64,000 bases of DNA, taken from Alphaproteobacteria bacterium (GTDB lineage Bacteria > Pseudomonadota > Alphaproteobacteria > MPNO01 > UBA830). Shown piece by piece: positions 38,740 to 49,494 of this stretch; within the stretch, counting starts at the first letter, position 1, and each line of letters opens with the position of its first letter. The notes beneath the pieces were generated by a model, which ran no database searches, was not told where the DNA came from, and was given only the letters and a program-made list of their open reading frames with translations. The stretch spans positions 3,776,001 through 3,840,000 of the forward strand of contig OZ251539.1 of NCBI GenBank assembly GCA_965243135.1, written 5' to 3'. The translations under genes and the position numbers were made by a program.

Positions 38740-39153
38740 ATGCCCCCTATCAACTTGACGACCGTGCTTCACATACCGGTGTCGCCCGAAGGACTCCTAC
38801 AGAGCGTGCGCCAGCTCGCGTCCATCGCGGATGAGTACCGCAAGGATCCGGAGTTTCGCTCGAACCTTAGCTCGGACCCGGTCGCCGCCCTCTCCGAGAA
38901 CAGCATCGAGGTGGTGCCCGATACGGAAGTGCGCATCGTCGAGGACACCGACGAGGTTTTCCATTTCATCCTTCCCCCCGACTTCAACGCCAGCGTGGGG
39001 GACGAGGTGCTCAATGCGGTCGCCGGCGGCGGCAAGACCGCCAGCAGCGCGACCACCGGACCCGGCTATGGGGGGCCCCGAGGACCCTCTTGCGGATGCG
39101 GCGCAAGCTGCATCGACGCATGGACCTCACGAGGGGGAAGCGGCTCCATCTGA
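38740..39153 (+). CDS. NHLP/proteusin precursor P6 (137 aa); core GKTASSATTGPGYGGPRGPSCGCGASCIDAWTSRGGSGSI
   Basis: YRKDPEFRSNLSSDP, VRIVEDTDEVFHFILPP, VGDEVLNAVAGG. Confidence 0.9.
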   Translation: MPPINLTTVLHIPVSPEGLLQSVRQLASIADEYRKDPEFRSNLSSDPVAALSENSIEVVPDTEVRIVEDTDEVFHFILPPDFNASVGDEVLNAVAGGGKTASSATTGPGYGGPRGPSCGCGASCIDAWTSRGGSGSI

Positions 39154-39229
39154 TCGACGCAGCCCGTCGCATGTCGCGGCCGGCCCCGGCCGGTTCGCGG
39201 GATTTGGGCTCGAACCCGAATCACCTGAG

Positions 39230-39670
39230 GAGCGAAATCGCCCGCCGCCGCGGCGTCGTTCGACAACGCGTATTCCTGGACGACAGGAGCGAGCGGCGAC
39301 GGCGTCATTAACCGTTTGGCCCGGTCGGTCTTCAACGCCGAATTGAGTGCGCGCGAGGGAATGGCGCGGGAGTTGGGGTAGACGCAGCGCCCGGCTTCTT
39401 TACCGCCTGGGCGTGCCGTCACGGCGGAGGCCTTCATGTCCGGCATCGCGCGCCGGAGAGACCGCGTCGAGTTCCCGCAACGGCCGCCGCGTATCTACCT
39501 GCATCGTCGGCCGCGCGCCTTCACGGGAGGCGACTTGACGCTCTACCGCCCGACTTTGTCCGAATTCGGCCGGCGCACGACGCTCTCGTCGCGTTTCCGC
39601 CCGAACGCGAGGTCGAGCCGGTGCGCTGCGACCCCGACGACTGGGGCCGGCCGGTTCAGGGGATTCGTGC
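39230..39670 (+). pseudogene. Remnant of a 2OG-Fe(II) oxygenase
   Basis: IYLHRRPRAFTGGDLTLY motif within disrupted frames. Confidence 0.5.
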
Positions 39671-39729
39671 TCGAGTCTCCCGCGGCAGCGCCCTCAAGGC
39701 GCGCCTCTGAACGGCGCTGCGCCGGACAT

Positions 39730-39875
39730 CGTTACCCCGGACATCTCGTCGACGAATCGTCGGTTGCCGATAGCGGCAAGGCGGTGAGCACCATGCGCCG
39801 GAACCCTGCCTTCCTGCGTGAGTTCGGCCGGAAGCATGGGGGTAGCCTCGGAACCGCGAGGGACAGCCTTTGGAG
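39730..39875 (+). pseudogene. NHLP core remnant related to P4
   Basis: ACCCTGCCTTCCTGCGTG..GGCCGGAAGCATG..AACCGCGAGGGACAGCCTT matches the P4 core (TLPSCV..AGSM..TARDSL). Confidence 0.75.
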
Positions 39876-40015
39876 TTCCCCTTGAAACTTGAAAAGAGCC
39901 GCTTGAAAAGGGCCGCTTCAAAAAATCCAGTTGCGGGGCAAAGGCAGCGACCAGGGTTTCGAGCAGACCGAACGGACTCGGCGCCCGGACGCGCCGACGC
40001 ACCCGGGCAGCGGCG

Positions 40016-40354
40016 TCAGGCGGAAAGCGCGGCGACGGCCTGCGCCCGGTCGGCGTGAACCGGGATGACCTTGTCGAAACCGGCAACCTCGACGATTTCC
40101 CGGATGGAATCCGGGAGCGAGCAGAGCGCGAATTTCGCGTCCCGTTTCCACAGATTCTGGGCGGTCAGCAGAATGGTCCGGAGGCCCGCGCTGCTGATGT
40201 AGGACAGATGCTCAAGGTCGATGATCACGACGCTTTCGGTTTCGCCGATCGCCGCCGTTATCGCCTCCTCGAATTCCCTGACGTTGATGCCGTCAATGCG
40301 TCCCTCCGCGCACGCAATCAGCGCTCCACTCTCCCTTTCCGTCTTTATTTCCAT
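40016..40354 (-). CDS. STAS-domain anti-sigma factor antagonist (112 aa)
   Basis: EGRID, IIDLEHLSYISSAGLR (phospho-Ser motif), IREIVEVAGF. Confidence 0.92.
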   Translation of the reverse strand: MEIKTERESGALIACAEGRIDGINVREFEEAITAAIGETESVVIIDLEHLSYISSAGLRTILLTAQNLWKRDAKFALCSLPDSIREIVEVAGFDKVIPVHADRAQAVAALSA

Positions 40355-41078
40355 CCGTGGTGTCTCCAGATATGGCTCTTCCCGCGAAGAGCGTATTGAC
40401 TCTCCGTGTTCACGATAACCTGTGGAGGAGAAAATTGCAATCCTGTTCGCGCCCGCGGGCTGGGGTTTTCGCCGCGCTCGCGCGAGGCGCGAGACAGCCG
40501 GGCGGCGCGAGGCTGGCCATCGTCGGAAGTTCCAGCGAACCGAACGGAGATCGAACGCCGGGACGAGGCCGAGAGGGAGTCGACGGCGCTACAACCTGGC
40601 CGGCGCCCGGACGGAGCGGTTCGCGGGGCGCATAAGCCTGACGGCGAGCATGGTCATAGAGGGCGCGATTCCGGCCGCTGCCAGCGCCTCGGCCTTGCGG
40701 TCCCGCGACTTCAACGTTCTGCGCGCCTTCCGTCCGCGCCATCCGGAAGGAAGGCGCCGTCGCCCTTTCAGGCCCATGACAAGGCGAAGCTGCGCGAAAC
40801 CTCGAACAACGTGGTCTTGACCGTGTTCGCGCCCGCGGAGCCGATGGTTTCTCCCGAACATCGCCGATTCTCGCACTGAAACTGCTTGGGTTGCTGCGAC
40901 AGGAGCGGCGGCGGCGAGCGGCGGCGCCCGTGCGCAGAACCGGGGGTTTTCCGGCGGACGCTATCTTGCAGAACGCGAACTCCGCTTGCTGCGGGGGAGT
41001 CGCGACGCGCGACCGCTGCTGGTATGTTCGCCGCGCCCGGCCGCCGCGGCCGGAACCGCCCATCGAAAGGAGATGTTC

Positions 41079-42080
41079 ATGCGCAGAATTATCGTGAGCG
41101 CCCTCTGCGGCGCGTGCCTGCTGGCTGCAGGATCCGCTTTCGCCAAGTGCGACAAGGGCGAGATGCACATCAAGTTCAGTCACGTCACCAACACCGACAA
41201 GCATCCGAAGGGAATCGCGGCGACGCTGCTCGCGCAACGGGTCAACGACGAGATGAACGGCAAGGCGTGCATGACCGTTTATCCGAACTCCAGCCTCTAC
41301 GACGACAACAAGGTGCTCGAGGCGATGCTGCGGGGCGACGTGCAGCTGGCGGCGCCGTCCCTGTCCAAGTTCGAGAAGTTCACGAAGAAGTTCCGCATTT
41401 TCGATCTGCCGTTCATGTTCAAGGACATCGCCGCGGTCGACCGCTTCCAGAATTCCGAATCGGGACAGGCGTTGAAGGATTCCATGAAGCGCCGCGGCCT
41501 TCAGGGCCTCGCCTTCTGGCACAACGGCATGAAGCAGCTGTCGGCCAACCGGGCGCTGACGTCGCCCGGCGACGCGAAGGGCCTGAAGTTCCGGGTGCAG
41601 GCTTCCGACGTCCTGGTGGCGCAGTTCATGGAGCTCGGCGCGAACCCGCAGAAGATGGCCTTCAAGGAAGTCTACGGCGCGTTGCAGACCAAGGTCGTCG
41701 ACGGGCAGGAGAACACTTGGTCCAACATTTACGGAAAGAAGTTCTTCGAGGTTCAGGACGGGATCACCGAGACCAATCACGGGATCATCGACTATCTGGT
41801 CGTCACGTCCGTCGAATGGTGGGATGGCCTGCCGAAGGACGTCCGTTCGCAGTTCGCGACGATTGTCCGGGAGGTGACCGATGCGCGCAACAAGGCAGCC
41901 TACGCCGTCAACCAGGAGAACAGGAAGAAGATCGTCGAGGCCGGCGCGACGATACGGAAGCTGACGGACGTCCAGCGCCAAGCCTGGATCGACGCGATGA
42001 AGCCCGTCTGGTCGAAGTTCGAGAAGGATATCGGCGCCGACATCATAGAAGCGGCGCAGGCCGCCAACGTCGGCAGCTGA
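41079..42080 (+). CDS. dctP: TRAP transporter substrate-binding protein
   Basis: IKFSHV, HPKG, APSLSKF, FDLPF, GLKFRVQ, VDGQENTWSN. Confidence 0.93.
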   Translation: MRRIIVSALCGACLLAAGSAFAKCDKGEMHIKFSHVTNTDKHPKGIAATLLAQRVNDEMNGKACMTVYPNSSLYDDNKVLEAMLRGDVQLAAPSLSKFEKFTKKFRIFDLPFMFKDIAAVDRFQNSESGQALKDSMKRRGLQGLAFWHNGMKQLSANRALTSPGDAKGLKFRVQASDVLVAQFMELGANPQKMAFKEVYGALQTKVVDGQENTWSNIYGKKFFEVQDGITETNHGIIDYLVVTSVEWWDGLPKDVRSQFATIVREVTDARNKAAYAVNQENRKKIVEAGATIRKLTDVQRQAWIDAMKPVWSKFEKDIGADIIEAAQAANVGS

Positions 42081-42131
42081 AATCCGACCGGGCCGGCGGG
42101 CGGACGGCGCGCCGGCCCGGAAGGCGGCATT

Positions 42132-42743
42132 GTGCGAAACTCAGACGGGAAGTTCGGGCGGTTCTCCGACGCGGTCGAGGAAACGCTGACCGCGATGCTC
42201 CTCGGGGCGATGACGGCGATCACCTTCGCGAACGTCGTGGCCCGCTACGTATTCAACGACAACATCCTGTGGGCGCTCGAGACGACGGTTTTCCTTTTCG
42301 CGTGGATGGTGCTGCTCGGCGCTTGCTACGGCGTAAAGAAGTGCCTGCATCTCGGCGTCGACATCCTCGTCTCGCGCCTGCGGCCGGGCATGCGGCGGAT
42401 ATTCGGCCTGGCCTCCGTCGCCGCCTGCCTGGCCTTCGCCGCGCTTCTGCTCGTCGGCAGTTGGGAGTACTGGTATCCGTTCGCTTCCAAACGGGCGTTC
42501 CTGGAAGTGAACGACGTTCCGATGCCGGGGTTTCTACAGTTTCTCGCGGACTGGATGAACGAGGGCGAAGCCTACGAAAAAATGCCGAAATTCATCCCCT
42601 ACGCGGCATTGCCGATCAGCATGTCGCTGATGACCTGGCGATTCCTCCAGGCGGGGATGCGCGTTCTGCGCGGCGACATCGACATGGTCATCGCCGCCCA
42701 CGAGGGTGACGATCCGGGCGCGCGGCCGGCGGAAGAGCGATGA
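42132..42743 (+). CDS. dctQ: TRAP transporter small permease
   Basis: NVVARYVF, WALE, HLGVD; lies between dctP and dctM. Confidence 0.9.
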   Translation: MRNSDGKFGRFSDAVEETLTAMLLGAMTAITFANVVARYVFNDNILWALETTVFLFAWMVLLGACYGVKKCLHLGVDILVSRLRPGMRRIFGLASVAACLAFAALLLVGSWEYWYPFASKRAFLEVNDVPMPGFLQFLADWMNEGEAYEKMPKFIPYAALPISMSLMTWRFLQAGMRVLRGDIDMVIAAHEGDDPGARPAEER

Positions 42744-44104
42744 CCGTCGCGCTCCTGTTCGGCGCGGTGATCGGCCTGATGGCGATCGGGGTTCCGGTCG
42801 CGGTGGCGCTCGGCTTGTCGAGCATCGGGTTTCTGCTGATCCATTCCGACGGCTCGCTCGCGTCGATCGCCCAGACCCTGTTCTCCGCCTTCGACGGGCA
42901 CTACACGCTTCTCGCGATCCCGTTCTTCATCCTGGCGTCCAGCTTCATGTCCACGGGCGGCGTCGCGCGGCGGATCATCCGCTTCGCCATCGCCGTGGTC
43001 GGGCATTTCAGGGGCGGACTGGCGATCGCGTCGGTCTTCGCATGCATGATGTTCGCCGCGCTGTCGGGCTCGTCTCCGGCCACCGTGGTCGCCATCGGCT
43101 CGATCGTGATCGCCGGAATGCGCGAAGTGGGATACTCCCGGGAATTCGCCGCCGGCGTCATCTGCAATGCCGGCACGCTGGGCATCCTCATCCCGCCGTC
43201 CATCGTCATGGTGGTGTACGCGGCGGCAACGGACGTGTCGGTCGGGCGCATGTTCCTCGGCGGAGTGATTCCGGGCCTGATCGCCGGACTGATGCTGATG
43301 GCCGGCATATACGCGGCCGCCGTCGTTCGCGGCCTGCCGCGCCAACCCTGGGCCGGATGGCGCGAACTGATCGCGTCCGGCGCGAGCGCGTTCTGGGGGC
43401 TGCTGCTGATCTTCATCATCCTGGGCGGAATTTACGGCGGCGTATTCACGCCGACCGAAGCTGCCGCGGTGGCGGCCGTCTACGCCTTTCTCGTCGCGAC
43501 GTTCGTCTACCGCGACATGGGACCGTTCGCGGAGAAAGGCGCGGGCGGTTTGGCGGTCGTTCCCCGCGCCGTTTCGGCCCTGTGGCATCCCGACACCAGG
43601 AAGACGCTCTTCGAAGCCGGCAAGCTGACCGTCGCGCTCATGTTCATCATCGCCAACGCGCTGATCCTGAAGCACGTGCTGACGGAGGAGCGCATCCCGC
43701 AAGCGATCGCCGAGACGATGCTCGCCGCCGGCTTCGGACCGGTGATGTTTCTCGTGGCCGTCAACGTCCTTCTGCTGATCGGCGGGCAATTCATGGAGCC
43801 CTCCGGGCTTCTGGTCATCGTCGCGCCGCTAGTGTTTCCCATCGCCATGGAACTGGGGATAGATCCCATTCATCTCGGGATCATCATGGTGGTCAACATG
43901 GAAATCGGCATGATCACGCCGCCGGTGGGACTGAACCTGTTCGTCACGGCCGGCGTGGCCTCGATGTCGGTGCTCAGGGTGGTCCAGGCCGCGTTGCCGT
44001 GGGTGGGCATCATGTTCGTCTTCCTGATTCTGGTGACCTACGTGCCCTGGATATCCACGTGGCTGCCCACCGCTTTCATGGGGCCGGAAATCGTCACCAG
44101 ATGA
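42740..44104 (+). CDS. dctM: TRAP transporter large permease
   Basis: LLAIPFFIL, SGSSPAT, GILIPPSI, FTPTEAA, ITPPVGLNLF. Confidence 0.95.
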   Translation: MTVALLFGAVIGLMAIGVPVAVALGLSSIGFLLIHSDGSLASIAQTLFSAFDGHYTLLAIPFFILASSFMSTGGVARRIIRFAIAVVGHFRGGLAIASVFACMMFAALSGSSPATVVAIGSIVIAGMREVGYSREFAAGVICNAGTLGILIPPSIVMVVYAAATDVSVGRMFLGGVIPGLIAGLMLMAGIYAAAVVRGLPRQPWAGWRELIASGASAFWGLLLIFIILGGIYGGVFTPTEAAAVAAVYAFLVATFVYRDMGPFAEKGAGGLAVVPRAVSALWHPDTRKTLFEAGKLTVALMFIIANALILKHVLTEERIPQAIAETMLAAGFGPVMFLVAVNVLLLIGGQFMEPSGLLVIVAPLVFPIAMELGIDPIHLGIIMVVNMEIGMITPPVGLNLFVTAGVASMSVLRVVQAALPWVGIMFVFLILVTYVPWISTWLPTAFMGPEIVTR

Positions 44105-44672
44105 GCGCCTCGGCCTCGAGCGACCGGCGGACGCGGCCGACGAACGACGACCGGCGCCGTGCGCGCAAGCCCGCGGGATGATCCACCACATCCTTCCGGG
44201 AATGCGCGTCCGCCACCCGCTCCGGCCGGACTGGGGGTTGGGTCAGGTGCAATCCGTCGACGGCGCGCGGATCACGGTAAATTTCGAGGAGGCGGGAAAG
44301 CGGTTGATAAACGGCGAGGTGGTCGAGCTTGAGATCGTCTCGGAAAGCTGAGAGCCGGAGCGCTGCGGGCGCCCCGCGAAAAAGCTGCCTCTGGCCGCTC
44401 TCCCGTCCCCGGCGGAACGGCGCTTCCCGGCGGCGGTTTCTCGTGCGGAAGAGCAGGGCGCGGCCTGCGCCGGAAGCGGTTGAACGTTCGTAACGTCTTG
44501 AATTGCGAACGGCTTTCTGGGTTGCGCCCCGCCAACGGCTCCCACTGCGCCGACGACGAATTGTTCGGCCGAGAGAGCAAACGGCCTTTTCGCAAGCTTC
44601 CCGCGTTACCGAAAGAGACGGCTCGCAGAGGCGGAATTGCCCGGGAAGGGCGGAATTCGCCCTTGATGCTCC

Positions 44673-44757
44673 TGGTGCGGGCGGCCGGACTCGAACCGGC
44701 AAGGCCGAAGCCGAGGGATTTTAAGTCCCTTGTGTTTACCTGTTTCACCACGCCCGC
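44673..44757 (-). tRNA. tRNA-Leu (anticodon TAA)
   Basis: GCGGGCG acceptor stem, AGGGA-CTTAAAA-TCCCT anticodon arm, long variable arm, GGTTCGAGTCC, 3' ACCA. Confidence 0.95.
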
Positions 44758-44939
44758 ATGAAGCGAAGAATATGCGACCTCGCGCGCCCGGAAAAGGCGT
44801 CGCCGATGCAGGGACGTACAAACTATGCGTCAGCCGAAAAAGGTTCCCCGCGCGGCGCGTCGAAAATCGCCCCGAACCGTGGCGACATCCTTCGGCTTTT
44901 TTCGTCCCTGACTGCGTTGCCCCCTCCTCAGCCTCGCGC

Positions 44940-45200
44940 TCCGGGTTCGTAACGCTTGACGCCGATGTTGCCGTCGAGCTGCAGCATGACATGACCCTCG
45001 TCCCATGCGTAGCAAAGTATCCTTCGACACGCCGAAAGCCTTCTCTATTCTGAACGTCGTTTCCGGCGACAGACTCGCATTCTCGTTCAGGAGGCCGGAC
45101 GGCGTGGCTCGGCGCACCCCCGACCTCGGCCGCATGGGTAGTCGAGTTCCTCCAGGATTTCGGCGCGAACGAAACTGCCGGGATGCGGCGACCTTCAATC
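44940..45200 (-). pseudogene. HigA-family antitoxin remnant
   Basis: GVRRATPSGLLNENASLSPETTFRIEKAFGVSKDTLLRM with broken flanks. Confidence 0.65.
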
Positions 45201-45576
45201 CTTCCCCGTCCATCAGCGACAGCCCTCCAAGTCCGCGACATCTCCGTTCGTCGTTGTGCAGCTAACCCCGGGATGCAGTCCGCAAAGACCCGTTCCGCGA
45301 ATCGAAGATTTTTCGCGGCGGCGTTCGCCGTTCGAGAGCGTGACGCCGAGGGCTGAACCGCTCTGGCCTCGTGCCGCGACGTCCGAACGCGGAACGGTTA
45401 TGTCGGCGCGCGTCCAAGAGAACCACACCCAAAGCCGCATGCTACGGGGCGAGCAAACCATGAGAGTTTGGCGCAACGCTGGGCGCGTCTGCGCGTCTGG
45501 CGCAGCTGCCCATCGGGAGGGTATTCTGCGGACTGTTTCCGCCGTTCGAAAAGCGCATTGAGGAAAGGATAACGAA

Positions 45577-46635
45577 GTGACCGGTGCCCAGCCCTACGTC
45601 TTCACGGCGGCGCGCCCGCGCCCCGAGCGGCGCAGCAAACCCGACGCCTTCACGGTCGACATACATTGCCATGTGCATGTTCCCGAGGCCGCCGACATCG
45701 CGGCGCCGTTTTTCAGGCCGGAACTGGAGCCCGCGCTCCTGTTCGCCGGCGAGCTGTCTCGCGAGGTCAACGCGCGGCAGAACGCCGATCGCATGCCGCA
45801 CCTCACCACGGTCGATCACCGTCTCGACGACATGGACGAAATGGGCATCGATCTGCAGACGATCATCCCCCCGCCCTTTCAAGCGTATTACTGGCTGGAT
45901 CCCGATATCGGCATGAAGGCGGCCCGGGCGGTCAACGACGGGCTCGCCGAGATCGTCGACCGCCTCCCCGACCGCTTCGTCGCCTTGGGCACGGTGCCGC
46001 TTCAAGACGTGGACATGGCGGTCGCCGAGCTCGAAAGGGGGGCGACTCAACTCGGTCTCAAGGGGTTCCAGATTCTCACCAACGTCAACGGTTCGGAAAT
46101 CTCGAACGCACGGCTCGACCCGTTCTGGGAAAAGGCGCAGGCGCTCGACACGCTGATATTCATTCATCCCAACGGCTTCACCTCGGCCCAACGCTTCACG
46201 GAGCATTACTTCAACAACGTAATCGGCAATCCGCTGGAGACGACCGTCGCGGTGCATCGCCTGATTTTCGACGGCGTGATGGAGCGATACCCGGACCTTC
46301 GCATCCTGCTGGCCCATGGAGGCGGTTATCTTCCGGCCTATTCAGGGCGAATCGACCATGTATGGGGAGCGCGAGAAGACGGTCGGGTGAACATACCGCA
46401 CCCGCCGACATCCTATCTGAAGAAGATGTGGCTCGACACCGTCGTCTTCACGCCGCACCAACTGAAGTACCTGATCGACCAATACGGCGCCGCCAAGGTC
46501 GTGATGGGAACGGACTATCCTTACGACATGGGCGATTACGATCCCGTCGGGCTCGTGGAATCGGTCGACGCTTTGGCGAAGGAAGACAAGGAAGCCATCT
46601 GGGGGGGCAACGCCAAAGCGCTCCTCAAGCTGTAG
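45577..46635 (+). CDS. Amidohydrolase_2 family protein (ACMSD-like decarboxylase/hydratase)
   Basis: DIHCH, LGTVPLQD, IFIHP, LAHGGG, GTDYPYD. Confidence 0.9.
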   Translation: MTGAQPYVFTAARPRPERRSKPDAFTVDIHCHVHVPEAADIAAPFFRPELEPALLFAGELSREVNARQNADRMPHLTTVDHRLDDMDEMGIDLQTIIPPPFQAYYWLDPDIGMKAARAVNDGLAEIVDRLPDRFVALGTVPLQDVDMAVAELERGATQLGLKGFQILTNVNGSEISNARLDPFWEKAQALDTLIFIHPNGFTSAQRFTEHYFNNVIGNPLETTVAVHRLIFDGVMERYPDLRILLAHGGGYLPAYSGRIDHVWGAREDGRVNIPHPPTSYLKKMWLDTVVFTPHQLKYLIDQYGAAKVVMGTDYPYDMGDYDPVGLVESVDALAKEDKEAIWGGNAKALLKL

Positions 46636-47005
46636 ACGGTTCGGAGACGTGGGCCGCGACGATGCGCCATCCTTCGGGCCTGCGCGCCCATGTCTGGCTC
46701 TGTCGGCCTACGGCGTCGTTGCCGGGGCGAATCCACTCGGCGTTCGCGACGGCGAAGTCGCGGCCGAAGGTCGTGATGCGGATATTTTTCAGGGCACGCC
46801 GCCACGGACCTGCGTTGCGATTGCGGCGGAACGCCGAGAGCGCCGCATGCCCCACGAGCGTGCCGTTGGGACCGTAGCGCAGCGTTCTTTCGTCGTTCCA
46901 GAAAAGTTCGTCGATCCGGTCGACGTCGTTCGCGAGCAGGGCTTCTTCATACGCCATGAACGCTTCCCTGACCTCTGCGACAACCTCCGGCAGGTCGATT
47001 TCCAT
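46625..47005 (-). CDS. HpxZ/AtzH-like (DUF3225) protein
   Basis: YEEALLANDV, LFW, TFGRDFA, GRQSQTW, GWRIVAAHVS. Confidence 0.85.
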   Translation of the reverse strand: MEIDLPEVVAEVREAFMAYEEALLANDVDRIDELFWNDERTLRYGPNGTLVGHAALSAFRRNRNAGPWRRALKNIRITTFGRDFAVANAEWIRPGNDAVGRQSQTWARRPEGWRIVAAHVSEPSTA

Positions 47006-47554
47006 CTTCGCCTCCTGACTTGCTGCGGCAGGTTATAGCGGAAAGCCGGAGCATCCTCGACGATCGACGGTGCCGCTCGCCCTGCCGCGGACGCGCGAAG
47101 ACGGAGGGTTTCGACCCGGCAAAGTCCGAATAGCGCGACGCGGTCCTCAGGGGGACGATACGCGCCGGGCGAGTCCATCTTTTCTGTCCGTCCGGCGACC
47201 TGCAAAGCGGATGCCGACCCGGGCGGTTCAAAGCATCCGGCCGCGAAAACCGGCTGCGACCCAGGACAGCACGTTCGCGGCATTTCAGCGACCGCCGCGA
47301 ACGACGGCCTCGCGATTTCCGACGACGGCATGCGGAATGCGCGAATCCCTTCGTTCGGGCAAGCCGGGCATTCTTTTTCGTCACCGTTTGACGACGGAAA
47401 GCGAGAGTGCATCTTACGGCGGTGGAAGCGGTTCCGCCGGAAGGCAGGCGCCCACGATCGACGCCGCCGCGTGGGCGCGCCGAAGAAGGGCGTCTTCCGC
47501 ATCCGCAGGGGAAAACGGACGCTGCGCGAACAGGGCGTCTTCGGAGCGAAAGCG

Positions 47555-48373
47555 ATGAACCAGACAGGCGAAACGAGCGCCACCGTCAAGGCGGCCATGA
47601 CCTACGCGGTCGATACGGGCGAGAAGATCGTCAACGAGACGATGAGCGCCGGCGACATGAGCCGGCGCCGATCAGGGACCGTTTCGCGTCACGAGGTCGT
47701 CGTTCGCAACGGACGCTTGCGCGATTTTCATCTGGAAACCAACGGTTTCGAGTTCGTCGATCATCCCACGGCGGTAACGGACTTCTTCGATCAGGACGAA
47801 CTGAGGGCCGTATACTATCCGGAAGCGGGAGCGCTGGTGAAGGAACGGACCGGCGCGGCTCGCGTCCATGTCTTCGACCACACGCTGCGTTCCGGCGATC
47901 AGGAGACGCGGGATCGCAGGCATGTACGCGAGCCGGTGGACCGGGTTCACAACGATTACACCGAATGGTCCGGTCCGAACCGGGTTCGCGAACTTCTTCC
48001 GGACGAGGCGGATGCGTTGCTGAAACGGCGGTTCGCCATTGTCCAGGTCTGGCGCGCCATTCGCGACCCCATCGAGTCGGACCCGCTCGCGATATGCGAC
48101 GCGCGCAGCATCGCCGCGGAAGACTTGCTTGTCTCCGAGCGGCGCTACCCGCATCGGGTGGGGCAAACCTATCAGGTCGCGTGGAACAAGGATCACGAAT
48201 GGTACTACTTTCCGCGCATGACGCGGGACGAAGCGCTCGTATTCAAGGTTTACGATTCCGCGACGGACGGACGGGCGCGTTTCACCGCACACAGCGCCTT
48301 TACGGATCCCGCGGCGCGGCCCGACGGTCCGCCCCGCGAGAGCATCGAGATGCGGACTTTCGCCTTTTTCTGA
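47555..48373 (+). CDS. CmcJ/NvfI (AsaB-like) family oxidoreductase (272 aa)
   Basis: GFEFVDHPTAV, FDHTLRS, VHNDYT, QVWR, PLAICDA, HSAF, RESIEMR. Confidence 0.85.
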   Translation: MNQTGETSATVKAAMTYAVDTGEKIVNETMSAGDMSRRRSGTVSRHEVVVRNGRLRDFHLETNGFEFVDHPTAVTDFFDQDELRAVYYPEAGALVKERTGAARVHVFDHTLRSGDQETRDRRHVREPVDRVHNDYTEWSGPNRVRELLPDEADALLKRRFAIVQVWRAIRDPIESDPLAICDARSIAAEDLLVSERRYPHRVGQTYQVAWNKDHEWYYFPRMTRDEALVFKVYDSATDGRARFTAHSAFTDPAARPDGPPRESIEMRTFAFF

Positions 48374-49494
48374 TCTGCCTTCGTCCGCCGCGAGCATCTT
48401 TCTTCGCTCCAGGCGCAACGTCTCTCGAGCATCGCCGTTCTTCGAGTCGGAGATAGCGGGCTCCGCGGCAGTCGTCCGTGCTGGCGATCAATTGGAAACG
48501 CTGCGGCCACTGCAGCGGACGGTGCAAGCCGCACTCTCCGCCAAGACATGCGCCCGAACTCCGTATCGGGCGGCACCCGTGCCGGAGCCGAACCGGAAAC
48601 TACCTCTCCCGGCTGGCATGCACAGGCCGGACGCAACCGTTTTCGCCGGATCCTTCGAACGCAAACGCGAACCCGAACCTCGACGAGAGCCGTCTCCCCG
48701 TTCGAGATTCTGGGCCTGCCGCAGCTTTGACGCGAGTCTGGAGCGGACTCCTCCTCGACAACAGGCAGGTCAGGACGCGGCGTGCACGACAGCATTCCCC
48801 AGCACCCCCTCGGCGCGGATCGGCGCCCACCGCCCGCTACCGCGCCCGAACAACCGCCGGACCAACTTGCGGGCGTGGGATCTTCAGCCCTCTTCGCCAT
48901 CCCCAGTTCCCGACGCAGGTGCGTCGCCTCGCGTTCCTTCTGCAGAATTCCGACCAGCGCCACCGCCCGGCGGAATCCTCTCCGCCGCCTCCCCGCACGA
49001 CACTTCTCAACTTCACGGATCGCGCTCTCCAGCACCAAGCGGAGATCCGAGTTCTCCCGGAGTGCCGCAGCCAGAGTCTGGTCCGGCTGCCCGATCTCCC
49101 CGGCCTTCAGCTTGGTCCCACATTTGCATCCTTCAGATCAACCGGGACAAGATAAGACCGACGCTAATCATCAAAATTGGAGAAATTTTCCGGTTGATCG
49201 GCGTTTGAGCAGTTCGGTACTCATTGGTAACTTGAGATGGATTTGGTAAAATTCTCACACAGTTTTGGTTCGAGAAAACAAACTTGACCAGTCAAGAGTT
49301 TCAGAAAGATGAAACGACGAAGCTGCAGTCCCCTTATGTGGTTCGACGATAAAATGAGTAGTTCTATTGCGCGCCGTCATCGATCTTCCTCCATCCTTCG
49401 AATTTCCATTGATCGCGAATTGCGATCTGCTTGATGCCAGATCCACTTGGTTCTAGTTGATCTATAATTTCGGTTGCCTCTATTTCGCCAACTG

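Noticed and set aside
5462-39153. Halogenated sponge-type proteusin pathway
   Set aside because: No flavin-dependent halogenase in the window, and most cores lack Trp.
40590-40870. Possible ABC ATPase relic (GETIGSAGANTVKTTLF on - strand)
   Set aside because: Too degraded to support a call.
44673-44757. tRNA-Leu as integration site of the cluster, or bldA-like TTA control
   Set aside because: No integrase or duplicated tRNA 3' end seen; I noticed one TTA codon (13380) but did not survey systematically, so there is no support.
48400-49140. ORF 48250..49038 as a gene
   Set aside because: No recognisable motif; probably a decayed fragment.
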